From Ignavibacteria bacterium (GTDB lineage Bacteria > Bacteroidota > Ignavibacteria > UBA10030 > UBA6906), in assembly GCA_003251275.1 (NCBI GenBank), contig QKGJ01000404.1, forward strand, positions 1 through 56,725: 56,725 nt of DNA, written 5' to 3'. The translations under genes were made by a program, and so were the position numbers. The notes below the pieces were generated by a model that saw only the letters and a program-made list of their open reading frames with translations, was not told where the DNA came from and did not search any database. Of this stretch, positions 30,998 through 40,948 are shown one piece after another. How positions within the stretch are numbered: position 1 is the stretch's first letter; the number at the start of each line of letters is the position of its first letter.

Positions 30998-31140
30998 GAT
31001 GTTTGCGTGATTGTCTTTAAATGGAAGAGAACGTCCACCACTCCTTGGATATGCGCGAGTTGGGACGGTGAAATGAATGATTGACGACAACAGGCCCCGG
31101 GAACACGGGGAAGAGAGAAAGAACTATCAGCCAGAAAACA

Positions 31141-32400
31141 CTACGGAATGAGACCGAGTTTCTTTCCAATTGTCTCGAATGTCTCCAGGATTTTGTTCAG
31201 GTGTTCATCTTCATGCGTTGCCATATAGCTGGTCCTCATCATCTGGTAGCCCTGAGGAACACCGGGACTGACGAACGCGTTGACAAAGACTCCTGCATCA
31301 TAGAGCATGCGCCAGAAGGCGAATGTTTTTTCGTCATCACCAATGATTACCGGGACGATGCCTGTATCGCTGTCGATAATCCGGAATCCCATTGCCTGAA
31401 GACCAAGCTTCATCTTGTTCGCATTTGCCTTCAGCCGGTCGATTCGTTCCGGTTCATTTTCGAGGATGTCGAGCGCAGCGAGCGCGGATGCGACAGACGC
31501 CGGCGTTGGACTCGCACTAAAAATGAGAGCGGGCGCATGATGCTTAAGGTAGTTGATGACATGCTTGTCGCCGACGACGAATCCCCCCAACGATGCAAAC
31601 GTTTTGCTGAATGTCCCCATCGTCATATCGACAACCTGCTCCAATCCGAAATGGCTTGCCGTACCCCGTCCACCTTTTCCGATGACACCGGTCGCGTGCG
31701 CATCATCCACCAATACTCGCGCATTGTACTTTTTCGCGAGGCTGGTAATTGTCGGGAGGTCGGCGATGGTTCCGGTGGTGCTGAAGACACCATCGGTTAC
31801 AATAAGCTTGGAGGTCTCCACAGGAATCTTTGAAAGCACTCGCTCAAGATCGTTCATATCATTGTGCTTGAACCGGACGAACTCGCCAAACGCACCCTTC
31901 GCCATGAGATTGCCAGCGACGATACAGGCGTGATTATCCCGATCAGAAACAACGTATTCTCCCTTTTGAACGAGAGTCGGAATAATCCCCTGTGCCGTCT
32001 GGTAGCCGGTACTATAGAGAAGGCATGCCTCCCGGTGAAGGAATGCAGCAAGACGTTCTTCGAGCATGACATGCAGATCCAGCGTTCCCGTCAGGTAGCG
32101 TGAACCGGAACATCCGGTCCCATACCTCTCCACTGCCTTGATGGCAGCAGCCTTAACGCGCGGGTCCGCAGTGAGACCGAGATAATTGTTCGAACCGGCC
32201 ATGATGACCTTGCGGCCCTCGATGGAAACAACCGGACCTTCATTCTCTTCGATCTCCCTGAAGTAGGGATAATATCCGTGTGCTTTTATTTCATCGGCGC
32301 GTGTAAACGTTCTGCACTTTTCGAACAGGTCCACCTTCTTCTTCTCAGCAGCAACTGTTTCTCCGTCGCTCTTGCGGAGAGTCTGACTGCGTTCACTCAT
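31141..32400 (-). CDS. spt: Serine palmitoyltransferase-like alpha-oxoamine synthase
   Basis: [43 protein letters not shown] (PLP Lys), IFSAS. The YPYF, GTGCxGSRxLxGT and IFSAS motifs resemble Bacteroidota SPT more than KBL/BioF. Confidence 0.75.
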   Translation of the reverse strand: MSERSQTLRKSDGETVAAEKKKVDLFEKCRTFTRADEIKAHGYYPYFREIEENEGPVVSIEGRKVIMAGSNNYLGLTADPRVKAAAIKAVERYGTGCSGSRYLTGTLDLHVMLEERLAAFLHREACLLYSTGYQTAQGIIPTLVQKGEYVVSDRDNHACIVAGNLMAKGAFGEFVRFKHNDMNDLERVLSKIPVETSKLIVTDGVFSTTGTIADLPTITSLAKKYNARVLVDDAHATGVIGKGGRGTASHFGLEQVVDMTMGTFSKTFASLGGFVVGDKHVINYLKHHAPALIFSASPTPASVASALAALDILENEPERIDRLKANANKMKLGLQAMGFRIIDSDTGIVPVIIGDDEKTFAFWRMLYDAGVFVNAFVSPGVPQGYQMMRTSYMATHEDEHLNKILETFETIGKKLGLIP

Positions 32401-32461
32401 GGAATTCCTCGGCGCGGTTGCGCCACAATGACATGGAAAATTGCTAATTAAAATCGTTTTC

Positions 32462-32490
32462 AATATACTCTAACGTGTTTACAAAGTCAA
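32462..32490 (-). promoter_or_regulatory. Putative sigma70 promoter of spt operon
   Basis: Minus strand TTGACT-N17-TATATT. Confidence 0.6.
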
Positions 32491-32521
32491 TCAGGTTTTC
32501 CCCTCACAGTTCTCCATTCCA

Positions 32522-33505
32522 GTGAAAGCACTTGTTACCGGCGGCACAGGTTTTATCGGAAGCCACCTCGTAGAACTTCTGCTGCATCGCGGTTACACGG
32601 TGCGATGCCTCATTCGCAAGTCCTCTGACACCAAATGGCTGAAGGGTCATGAGGTGGAATTTGTGGAAGGGGGATTATTCGATCACAAATCTCTTCGTGC
32701 CGCGGTGAGCGGGGTCGATTTGGTTTTTCACTCAGCCGGTGTAACGAAGGCAAAGAAAAAGGAAGAGTACTTCCGTGGCAATGTAAACGGAACAAAAAAT
32801 CTTCTTGAAGCTGTTCGTGCATCCAATCCACAACTCAAGCGGTTTGTTCATGTCAGCAGTCAGACAGCGGTCGGACCGAGCCAGAGCAAAACTCCCATCA
32901 CCGAAGAGGTGATTGCCCGGCCCATAACAACATACGGTGAGAGCAAATGGAAAGCAGAGCAGGAATGTCAAGCGATGATGGAAGACATTCCAATTACGAT
33001 TGTTCGCCCGCCAGCCGTGTACGGCCCGCGCGATAAGGATATTTTCGAATACTTCAACACGATGAACAAAGGCCTCCAGGCAAGTGTCGGTCTGCACGAT
33101 AAGTTTGTGAGTCTGATTCATGTGTCGGACCTCGTCCGGGGATTTCTTCTGGCGGGGAAGAGTGAAGTTGCAACGGGGAAGACGTATTTCATCGCAAGCA
33201 GCAAGGTCTATGATTGGAAGGAAATTGGCGAGGTTACCCGACGGGTTTTGAACCGCAAGACCATCTCCCTCCGTATCCCGGAATTTGGTATTTACATGGT
33301 CGCTGCCGTCGCCGAGTTCATGGCGCGCTTCAGCAGTTCTCCAGCACTCATTAACTTCGAAAAGGCACGTGATATGGTGCAGGATTTCTGGACGTGCGAT
33401 TCCTCTAGTGCGGAACGCGATTTCGGGTTCAAACAGGAAATCCCGCTGGAAGAGGGGATCCGCTCCACTATAGAGTGGTATCGCGCACACGGCTGGCTTT
33501 CATAG
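32522..33505 (+). CDS. NAD(P)-dependent epimerase/reductase (extended SDR); candidate ceramide reductase
   Basis: TGGTGFIG, HSAG, SS, YGESK, RPPAVYGP; divergent from spt. Confidence 0.85.
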   Translation: MKALVTGGTGFIGSHLVELLLHRGYTVRCLIRKSSDTKWLKGHEVEFVEGGLFDHKSLRAAVSGVDLVFHSAGVTKAKKKEEYFRGNVNGTKNLLEAVRASNPQLKRFVHVSSQTAVGPSQSKTPITEEVIARPITTYGESKWKAEQECQAMMEDIPITIVRPPAVYGPRDKDIFEYFNTMNKGLQASVGLHDKFVSLIHVSDLVRGFLLAGKSEVATGKTYFIASSKVYDWKEIGEVTRRVLNRKTISLRIPEFGIYMVAAVAEFMARFSSSPALINFEKARDMVQDFWTCDSSSAERDFGFKQEIPLEEGIRSTIEWYRAHGWLS

Positions 33506-33599
33506 CCTTCTTCACCTCTCTTTTCTCGACGCTCCTTCTAGTCGAACCGACGGCTCCTTAAAATAAAAATCTTCTCCCTATTGCATCTCAATAAGAGCT

Positions 33600-33637
33600 T
33601 ATGCATATTTATGCAACTTTTTGCATATGTATTCATT
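33600..33637. promoter_or_regulatory. Tandem ArgR operator (ARG boxes)
   Basis: TATGCATATTTATGCAAC (33600-33617) and TTTGCATATGTATTCATT (33620-33637), 2 bp apart, abutting the argC ATG; argR is in the operon. Confidence 0.88.
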
Positions 33638-34648
33638 ATGAATGTAGCGATCATCGGGGCGTCCGGGTATTCCGGCGCCGAATTGATACGGCTCCTTGCC
33701 AGGCGAAGCGATGTACAGATCCAGACGTTGGTTTCCAGTACGACCGCCGGGAAACGACTGGACGATGTCTATCCCGAGTTCGCAGGACAAACGGATTTGC
33801 GCTTCACGGCATTGGAGGGAACTTCGTTCAAAAACATAGACCTGGCCTTCACGGCATTGCCGTCCGGCGAGTCAATGAAGATTGTTCCGAAGATCCATGA
33901 TGAAGTTCCTCGCGTCATTGACCTGAGCGGTGACTACCGCCTCCTCTCGAGTGCAGAGTATGCCGCCTATTACCATCAAGAACATGTCTCGCCATCTCTC
34001 TTGTCCAAGGCCGTGTACGGATTGCCGGAGATCCATCACGATGCAATTGCCAACACTTCTCTCGTTGCCAATCCCGGCTGCTATCCCACAAGCGCAATCT
34101 TGGCGTTAATTCCGGCACTCAGGCATGGGATCATTGAACCGGCGGGGATTTCCATCACGTCGTTGTCAGGGACTTCCGGCGCGGGTCGATCATCATCGCT
34201 GGAAATGAGTTTCACCGAAGTCCACGACAACATTCGTGCATACAAACTCGGTGCACATCAACACATCCCTGAAATTCAACACGTCCTCTCGGCAGCAAGT
34301 GGAAAGTCCGTGACGGTCTCATTCGTGCCGCACCTCGTCCCAATGAATCGTGGCATCTACACGACGATACATTCATCGCTCGCGCAATCCATTTCCCGGG
34401 AAGAGGTCTTCCGGCTGTACAAGAGTTACTATCGTGAGGCGCGATTTGTACGAGTGAAGGAGCAGGTGGCGCAGCTAAGGGATGTTATTCGAACAAACTA
34501 CTGCGACATTTCATTGCACGTGGACGAGCGAACCAACCAGCTTATTCTTCTTTCCACTATCGATAATCTTGTCAAGGGTGCCGCCGGACAGGCGGTGCAG
34601 AACATGAATATCATGCTCGGCCTTCCCGAAGACTGCGGGCTCTCTTAA
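33638..34648 (+). CDS. argC: N-acetyl-gamma-glutamyl-phosphate reductase
   Basis: GASGYSG, DLSGDYRL, YGLPE, ANPGCYPT, SGTSGAG, DNLVKGAAGQA. Confidence 0.96.
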   Translation: MNVAIIGASGYSGAELIRLLARRSDVQIQTLVSSTTAGKRLDDVYPEFAGQTDLRFTALEGTSFKNIDLAFTALPSGESMKIVPKIHDEVPRVIDLSGDYRLLSSAEYAAYYHQEHVSPSLLSKAVYGLPEIHHDAIANTSLVANPGCYPTSAILALIPALRHGIIEPAGISITSLSGTSGAGRSSSLEMSFTEVHDNIRAYKLGAHQHIPEIQHVLSAASGKSVTVSFVPHLVPMNRGIYTTIHSSLAQSISREEVFRLYKSYYREARFVRVKEQVAQLRDVIRTNYCDISLHVDERTNQLILLSTIDNLVKGAAGQAVQNMNIMLGLPEDCGLS

Positions 34649-34668
34649 TTCTTTCTTTGGAGTTATGA

Positions 34669-35889
34669 ATGAACAATCATCCTTATGAGCGTGTCTCCGG
34701 TGGCGTTACGGCACCGGAAGGTTTTCGGGCCGCAGGCATTCATTGCGGTGTGAAGAAATCACGCAAAGATCTTGCGATCATTGCCTCGGATGTTCCTGCC
34801 GCGACGGCCGCAGTGTTTACGCAGAACAGAGTCCCTGCCGCTCCGGTGATTGTTGACAAATTGCAGGTGAAGGCATCATCTATGGCACAGGCTATCGTGG
34901 TGAACAGCGGCAATGCAAATGCCTGCACCGGCGAAAGAGGGTTGAACAACGCATGGACGATGGTCGCTGACACTGCCGAGGCTCTCTCCATCGATCCTTC
35001 GTTGGTTCTTGTTTCTTCTACTGGTGTAATTGGACAGTACCTTCCCATGGGGCCCATTCAGAAGGGGATACGCATCGCCGCCGGCGAACTGCATCATTCG
35101 GGGGGGAGAGATGCAGCGGAAGCAATTATGACAACGGATACCTTCGTCAAGGAGCTTGCAGTGAAGACGCACATCGGCGGTACGCAGATCGTTCTTGGCG
35201 GCATGGCAAAGGGGTCCGGTATGATCGCGCCGAACATGGCTACGATGCTCGGTTTCGTGACAACGGATGCGACCGTGGAGCCGGCTCTCCTGAAGCAGAT
35301 GCTAAAACTCGCGGCAGATCGATCTTTTAACAGAATCTCTGTCGATGGCGACACGAGTACCAACGATATGGTCGTCCTGATGGCAAACGGCGCCGCTGGC
35401 AGTCCCATTCTAACACACGCCGAGCACGAGGATACACAACGGTTTTACAATGCACTCGAATGGCTCTTGACCGAGCTCGCCAAGATGATCGTCCTCGATG
35501 GCGAGGGGGCAACGAAGCTCGTTGCAATTCAGGTCAACGGAGCTGAATCGGAAGACGAAGCGGTAAGAGCGGGGCGCGCTGTTGCGAATTCCAGTCTTGT
35601 AAAAACAGCCATCCACGGTGAGGACGCAAACTGGGGCAGAATACTTGCCGCAATAGGTTATTCCGGCATCGACTTCGATCCGGAGGCGGTGGAGATTTTT
35701 TTCGATGAGGTTCCCATCCTGCAGAAAAAATACTCGATCGATTTTTCGGAAGTCGAAGCAAAGCGCGTGTTGAGCAAGAGGGAGCTGACAATCACCATTG
35801 AACTTCACAAAGGAAATGCATCCGCGTGCTTCTGGACGTGCGACCTCTCGAAAGAGTATGTGGACATCAACGCACATTACAGGACGTAG
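34669..35889 (+). CDS. argJ: Bifunctional ornithine acetyltransferase/N-acetylglutamate synthase
   Basis: NSGNANACTG, SSTGVIG, IMTTDT, KGSGMIAPNMATML, DGDTSTND, DGEGATK. Confidence 0.97.
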   Translation: MNNHPYERVSGGVTAPEGFRAAGIHCGVKKSRKDLAIIASDVPAATAAVFTQNRVPAAPVIVDKLQVKASSMAQAIVVNSGNANACTGERGLNNAWTMVADTAEALSIDPSLVLVSSTGVIGQYLPMGPIQKGIRIAAGELHHSGGRDAAEAIMTTDTFVKELAVKTHIGGTQIVLGGMAKGSGMIAPNMATMLGFVTTDATVEPALLKQMLKLAADRSFNRISVDGDTSTNDMVVLMANGAAGSPILTHAEHEDTQRFYNALEWLLTELAKMIVLDGEGATKLVAIQVNGAESEDEAVRAGRAVANSSLVKTAIHGEDANWGRILAAIGYSGIDFDPEAVEIFFDEVPILQKKYSIDFSEVEAKRVLSKRELTITIELHKGNASACFWTCDLSKEYVDINAHYRT

Positions 35890-35890
35890 C

Positions 35891-36766
35891 ATGAACAACA
35901 TTCCTCTCAAAACCGAAACGCTCGTCGAAGCCCTCCCCTACATACAGAAGTATGAAGGAAAGACGTTTGTGATCAAGTATGGCGGCGCTGCGATGGTTAA
36001 TCCGGACCTTCGCGAAACATTTGCCCAGGACATTACCGTGTTGACAAAAATCGGGATCAACATCGTGATCGTTCATGGTGGTGGGAGAGAGATTACGGCA
36101 ACTGCCGACCGGCTTGGGCTTACTTCCACCTTTGTCGATGGTCAGCGCTTTACCGACGAAGCGATGATGGATGTCGTTCAGATGGTCCTCGCAGGAAAGA
36201 CGAACAAAGATATCGCCGCGGCAATCAACCGACACGACGGCAACGCAGTCGGCTTGTGCGGGTTGGATGCCGACCTGCTGACGGCAAGACCGGCAAAGAA
36301 TGGCGCTTTGGGGTTTGTGGGAGAGGTGGAAGAAGTGAGATCGGCGCTCTTGAATCTGCTCCTCGCCAACAGATATATCCCCGTGGTCGCCCCGATTGGC
36401 ATCGGCCACGACCGGCAGTATTTTAACGTCAACGCCGATCTTGCCGCTTCGGCAATCGCGTCGGCGCTGAAGGCGGAAAAGCTCATCTACCTGAGCGACG
36501 TGGAAGGCATCATGGTCGGCGAAGAACTGATCCACTCAATGCATCGGATGCGGGCAGAGGAGCTTATCAGCGATGGCATCATTATCAACGGCATGATCCC
36601 GAAAATTCAATCTGCATGTGCCGCGCTGGATGGCGGCGTCGTAAAAGTCCACATGATCGATGGACGGGTGACGCATGCGCTTCTATTGGAAATGTTCACG
36701 AAAGAGGGTATCGGGACGGAAGTGACCCCCTCCCCTGTCAATTCACTCATGGAGGAAGTACAATGA
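35891..36766 (+). CDS. argB: Acetylglutamate kinase
   Basis: EALPYI, VIKYGG, VHGGG, NVNAD, GMIPK. Confidence 0.96.
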   Translation: MNNIPLKTETLVEALPYIQKYEGKTFVIKYGGAAMVNPDLRETFAQDITVLTKIGINIVIVHGGGREITATADRLGLTSTFVDGQRFTDEAMMDVVQMVLAGKTNKDIAAAINRHDGNAVGLCGLDADLLTARPAKNGALGFVGEVEEVRSALLNLLLANRYIPVVAPIGIGHDRQYFNVNADLAASAIASALKAEKLIYLSDVEGIMVGEELIHSMHRMRAEELISDGIIINGMIPKIQSACAALDGGVVKVHMIDGRVTHALLLEMFTKEGIGTEVTPSPVNSLMEEVQ

Positions 36767-37731
36767 TCAAGGATTTCGTTTCTCTTTCGCCATTTTCACC
36801 AGACGACATCCAGGAGATTTTTGCCCTGACCCATTGGTTGAAAGAAACCCGTCCTCTCAACTATAAACCGCTGGCCGGAAAAACGGCCGCATTGATCTTC
36901 GAGAAGCCCTCGTTGCGAACGCACATGTCGTTCGAAGTAGGCATTCTCCAACTCGGCGGTCAATCAATATTCCTTTCGGACGACAGAATCGGTCTTGCAT
37001 CCCGCGAATCAGCCCGGGACGTTGCGGAAGTTCTGTCGCAATACAACGATCTGATTATTGCACGAACGTACTCACATGAGACTGTCGAGAAGCTTGCACA
37101 ATTCGCATCAGTTCCCGTTATTAATGCATTGACCGACCGGCTTCATCCTTGCCAGATCCTGGCGGACGCATACACGTTACTTGAAAAAGGGCTTCTCTCC
37201 CGCGACACCAGAATTGTTTTCGTTGGTGACGGAAACAACGTTGCCAACTCCTGGCTTGAGCTGGCCGAAAAAATACCTCTGCACCTTGTCGTCGCGTGTC
37301 CGCGCGGATACGAACCCGATGCAAATCTTCTCCGACGGGCAAAGATGGCCGGCATCAGTAAGGTGGAAGTACAGCACGATCCTACAATAGCAGCTCGGGG
37401 CGCAAACGTCTTGTATACCGACGTGTGGGTCAGCATGGGTCAGGAAGAGGAGAAGCTCAAACGGCAGCAGGCTTTTGCGGGTTTCCAGATTAACCAAAGC
37501 CTGCTGAACACCGCCGATCCCGAATGCCTGGTGATGCACTGCCTCCCGGCTCATCGCGGCGAGGAAATCACAGCGGACGTCCTCGAAGGACCGCAGTCGG
37601 TGGTGTTGGATGAGGTCGAGAATCGGCTTCACGTTCAAAAAGGAATCATCGCGTATCTGCTTGGCGAGAGAGCCGAGCACATTCTTACGCTCGACCGAGC
37701 GTCACAGTATGCAATAGCTGAAGGTGTATGA
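36763..37731 (+). CDS. argF: Ornithine carbamoyltransferase
   Basis: FEKPSLRT, HPCQ, GDGNNV, DVWVSMG, HCLPAHRGEE, ENRLH. Confidence 0.93.
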   Translation: MIKDFVSLSPFSPDDIQEIFALTHWLKETRPLNYKPLAGKTAALIFEKPSLRTHMSFEVGILQLGGQSIFLSDDRIGLASRESARDVAEVLSQYNDLIIARTYSHETVEKLAQFASVPVINALTDRLHPCQILADAYTLLEKGLLSRDTRIVFVGDGNNVANSWLELAEKIPLHLVVACPRGYEPDANLLRRAKMAGISKVEVQHDPTIAARGANVLYTDVWVSMGQEEEKLKRQQAFAGFQINQSLLNTADPECLVMHCLPAHRGEEITADVLEGPQSVVLDEVENRLHVQKGIIAYLLGERAEHILTLDRASQYAIAEGV

Positions 37732-38177
37732 AATCACAGCGTCAGTTTACGATCAAAGAACTCATCAGCGCCAAGGCGATCGGCAGCCAGGATGAGCTCC
37801 GGTTGGAACTGAAGAAGAAGGGATTCAAAGTAACACAGGCAACTCTTTCGCGCGACCTGCAGGAACTGGGCGTCGCCCGTCTTCCATCGGACGATGGCTT
37901 CCGTTATGCGCTGCAGCCGGGGACAAGCGCATCAATCCTCCGTCCTGCGGTGACAACAGAGATCATCACCATCACTGCCAACGAAAGCATGATCGTGGTG
38001 CGCACTCTTCCAGGATGCGCGAATGTTGTGGGGGAGGTTGTGGATACGCTCCGCAATCCCGATATTATTGGCACCGTTGCGGGGGACAATACACTCCTCA
38101 TCATTCCATCCTCTGTCAAGAAGACGAAAAAAGTGATAGAGTTTCTCAAAGATAATCTGGTGAAAGGCAAACCATGA
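37728..38177 (+). CDS. argR: Arginine repressor
   Basis: [27 protein letters not shown]. Confidence 0.95.
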   Translation: MKSQRQFTIKELISAKAIGSQDELRLELKKKGFKVTQATLSRDLQELGVARLPSDDGFRYALQPGTSASILRPAVTTEIITITANESMIVVRTLPGCANVVGEVVDTLRNPDIIGTVAGDNTLLIIPSSVKKTKKVIEFLKDNLVKGKP

Positions 38178-39433
38178 ACAGAACGAAAATTGTCGTTGCG
38201 TATTCCGGGGGGCTCGACACCTCCGTCATGGTCAAGTGGCTCAGCGAAAAATACAATGCGGAGATCATTACTGCGACGGGCGACCTGGGACAGAAGAAAG
38301 AACTTACCGGACTCAAAGAAAAAGCAAAGGCCACCGGCGCGAGCAAGGTGTACATTCAGGATCTCACTCATGACTTCGTTGCCGACTTCATTTTCCCCGC
38401 ACTCAAAGCAAGCGCTCTTTATGAAAATGTTTATCCGATGGCAACATCCCTTGGACGTCCACTCCTGGCAAAGATGCTGGTAGAGATCGCACGTTCCGAA
38501 GGAGCAGCGATGGTTGCTCACGGATGTACCGGAAAAGGAAATGACCAGGTCCGCTTCGAAGTCTCGGTTGCTGCGCTTGCGCCGCATGTCAAAGTTCTCG
38601 CACCTCTACGTGATTGGGAATTCAAATCGCGTGAACAGGAAATCGAGTATGCCCGGTTGCATCACATTCCGGTCGCCGCGACAGTCGCATCGCCCTACTC
38701 CATCGATGAGAACCTCTGGGGTACCAGCATCGAGTGCGGCGTTCTGGAAGACCCGATGATGGAACCGCCTCCCGACGCGTTTCACCGAACTGTTGCACCG
38801 GAAGACGCACCCGACGAGCCGCGCAACGTTGAAATCGAATTCGACCATGGTGTTCCGATTGCACTTGATGGAACCTGGGTCGCAGGTGTAAAGCTCATCG
38901 ACCGGCTGAACGAAATCGGCGGCATGCATGGCATTGGCCGCATCGACCTTGTCGAGAACCGGCTGGTCGGTATCAAGTCGCGTGAAATTTATGAAGCCCC
39001 CGCGGCGACCATTCTTCATTTTGCGCACACGGAACTCGAACGGCTCACACTGGAAAAATCTGTATTCCACATGAAGACCCAGATTGCGCGTGAGTATGCT
39101 AACCTTATCTATAACGGCCTCTGGTACTCTCCTCTTCGCACTGCACTCGATGCCTTCATTGATGAAACGCAGAAGACCGTCACGGGCACCGTCCGGCTCC
39201 GCCTGTACAAAGGCAACATGACGATTGTGGGAAGGAAGTCACAGTTCTCGCTGTACAATCCTGGCCTGGCAACCTATACCGAAGACGACACGTTCGACCA
39301 CAAGGCATCGGAAGGTTTCATCTCCATCTACGGCCTTCCCGTGAAGACCTACCACGAGGTGGCACAGAAGAATATCAGTGAAGGAAGAAAGCCGATAGCG
39401 TCGGGGATCCTGACGAAAGAGATTCTTCAATGA
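38174..39433 (+). CDS. argG: Argininosuccinate synthase
   Basis: [34 protein letters not shown]. Confidence 0.98.
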   Translation: MNRTKIVVAYSGGLDTSVMVKWLSEKYNAEIITATGDLGQKKELTGLKEKAKATGASKVYIQDLTHDFVADFIFPALKASALYENVYPMATSLGRPLLAKMLVEIARSEGAAMVAHGCTGKGNDQVRFEVSVAALAPHVKVLAPLRDWEFKSREQEIEYARLHHIPVAATVASPYSIDENLWGTSIECGVLEDPMMEPPPDAFHRTVAPEDAPDEPRNVEIEFDHGVPIALDGTWVAGVKLIDRLNEIGGMHGIGRIDLVENRLVGIKSREIYEAPAATILHFAHTELERLTLEKSVFHMKTQIAREYANLIYNGLWYSPLRTALDAFIDETQKTVTGTVRLRLYKGNMTIVGRKSQFSLYNPGLATYTEDDTFDHKASEGFISIYGLPVKTYHEVAQKNISEGRKPIASGILTKEILQ

Positions 39434-40842
39434 AGGAAGGGAAGGGAGGAAAAGTATGGAAAGGAAGATTCCGTACACCTCTCCACCCTGAAGCGCTGCA
39501 GTTTTCGAGTTGTCTTTGCGTTGATCGCCGCCTCTACAAAGAAGACATCGAGGGAAGCATTGCGCATGTCTCGATGCTCGCCAAGCAGGAGATCCTTACA
39601 CGCAAAGAAGCGGACAAAATTGTCCGCGCTCTCGAGCAAATCGAAAAGGAGATCGAAAGCAGGAAGTTCAAGTTAGACTCTCCCGCTACATCCTCTGACC
39701 GCTTCGTTGCCGAAGATGTTCACATGGCAATCGAAGCACGCCTCTTCAAGAAGATAGGTCCTCTCGCAGGCAAACTCCACACTGCCCGCAGCCGCAATGA
39801 TCAGGTCGCCCTTGACGAACGGCTCTATCTAAAGCGCACAAGCACAGAAATCATGGAGTCGATTCGCTCTCTGCAAAGAGCATTCGTCACGGTCGCAGAG
39901 AAATTCCAGGATGTCTTGATGCCCGGATACACACATATGCAGCGCGCTCAGCCGGTGTTGCTTGCTCATCACCTTCTGGCATATGTGTACATGTTAGACC
40001 GCGATCACGACCGATTCCGGGACTGCCTGAAACGAATCGATGCCTCTCCTCTTGGAGCTGCGGCTCTTGCCGGGACTTCCTTTCCGATCGACCGCAAGCG
40101 GACTGCGCGCATGCTCGGACTAAGCAACATTGTCTATAACAGCATGGATGCAGTGAGCGACCGTGATGTGCAGATCGAGTTTCTCTCTGCCTGTTCAATT
40201 ACTCAAATGCACCTCAGCCGTCTTGCGGAAGAGCTTTTGTTGTGGAGTTCGCAGGAGTGGCGCTTTGCGGAGATTGCCGAGGAATTCACGACGGGCAGCA
40301 GCATTATGCCTCAGAAGCGCAACCCCGATATTGCCGAGCTTGTGCGCGGCAAAACCGGACGCGTCTACGGCAGTCTGATGGGCATGCTCACGATGATGAA
40401 GGGACTCCCCCTCGCCTACAACCGCGATCTGCAGGAGGACAAGTCTTTCTTGTTCGATGCCGCCGATACGACAACCGACTCACTCCGCATGTGCACGCTC
40501 ATGATGGAGAGCATTCACTTCCAGAGTGAGCGTTTTACAAAAGAACTTCGCTCCGATTTTCTTCTCGCCACTGAGCTTGCCGACTTTCTTGTGCGCAAAG
40601 GACTCCCCTTCCGCACTGCACACGCCTGCGTTGGCGAAGCCGTTGCCCTTGCCTCCGATCGCCGCTGTTCACTTTCAGATTTGACACTCCCCGAGTACCG
40701 AAAGATTTCCAAGCTGTTTGATGAATCTCTCTACAAGCTTCTCGACCCCCGCACGTCGATTGAGTTAAAGCGATCCGTAGGGTCCACTTCGCCTGCAGAG
40801 GTAAAGGCTGACATACGGGGGTGGAGGAAGAGGCTGTGGTAG
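39430..40842 (+). CDS. argH: Argininosuccinate lyase
   Basis: [41 protein letters not shown]. Confidence 0.97.
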   Translation: MKEGKGGKVWKGRFRTPLHPEALQFSSCLCVDRRLYKEDIEGSIAHVSMLAKQEILTRKEADKIVRALEQIEKEIESRKFKLDSPATSSDRFVAEDVHMAIEARLFKKIGPLAGKLHTARSRNDQVALDERLYLKRTSTEIMESIRSLQRAFVTVAEKFQDVLMPGYTHMQRAQPVLLAHHLLAYVYMLDRDHDRFRDCLKRIDASPLGAAALAGTSFPIDRKRTARMLGLSNIVYNSMDAVSDRDVQIEFLSACSITQMHLSRLAEELLLWSSQEWRFAEIAEEFTTGSSIMPQKRNPDIAELVRGKTGRVYGSLMGMLTMMKGLPLAYNRDLQEDKSFLFDAADTTTDSLRMCTLMMESIHFQSERFTKELRSDFLLATELADFLVRKGLPFRTAHACVGEAVALASDRRCSLSDLTLPEYRKISKLFDESLYKLLDPRTSIELKRSVGSTSPAEVKADIRGWRKRLW

Positions 40843-40948
40843 TGCCTACTTCCTTTACTTGACATTCCACTGCGCGCTTGGTATCTATTCACCCACGAGT
40901 ATAATCGTGCTCATAGAATTAACTTTTGGATGGATGAAGGAGATCAAT

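Noticed and set aside
36763..37731. N-acetyl- or N-succinyl-ornithine transcarbamylase, suggested by SLRT instead of STRT
   Set aside because: The SMG loop and HCLPAHRG are canonical OTC signatures, and argJ yields free ornithine.
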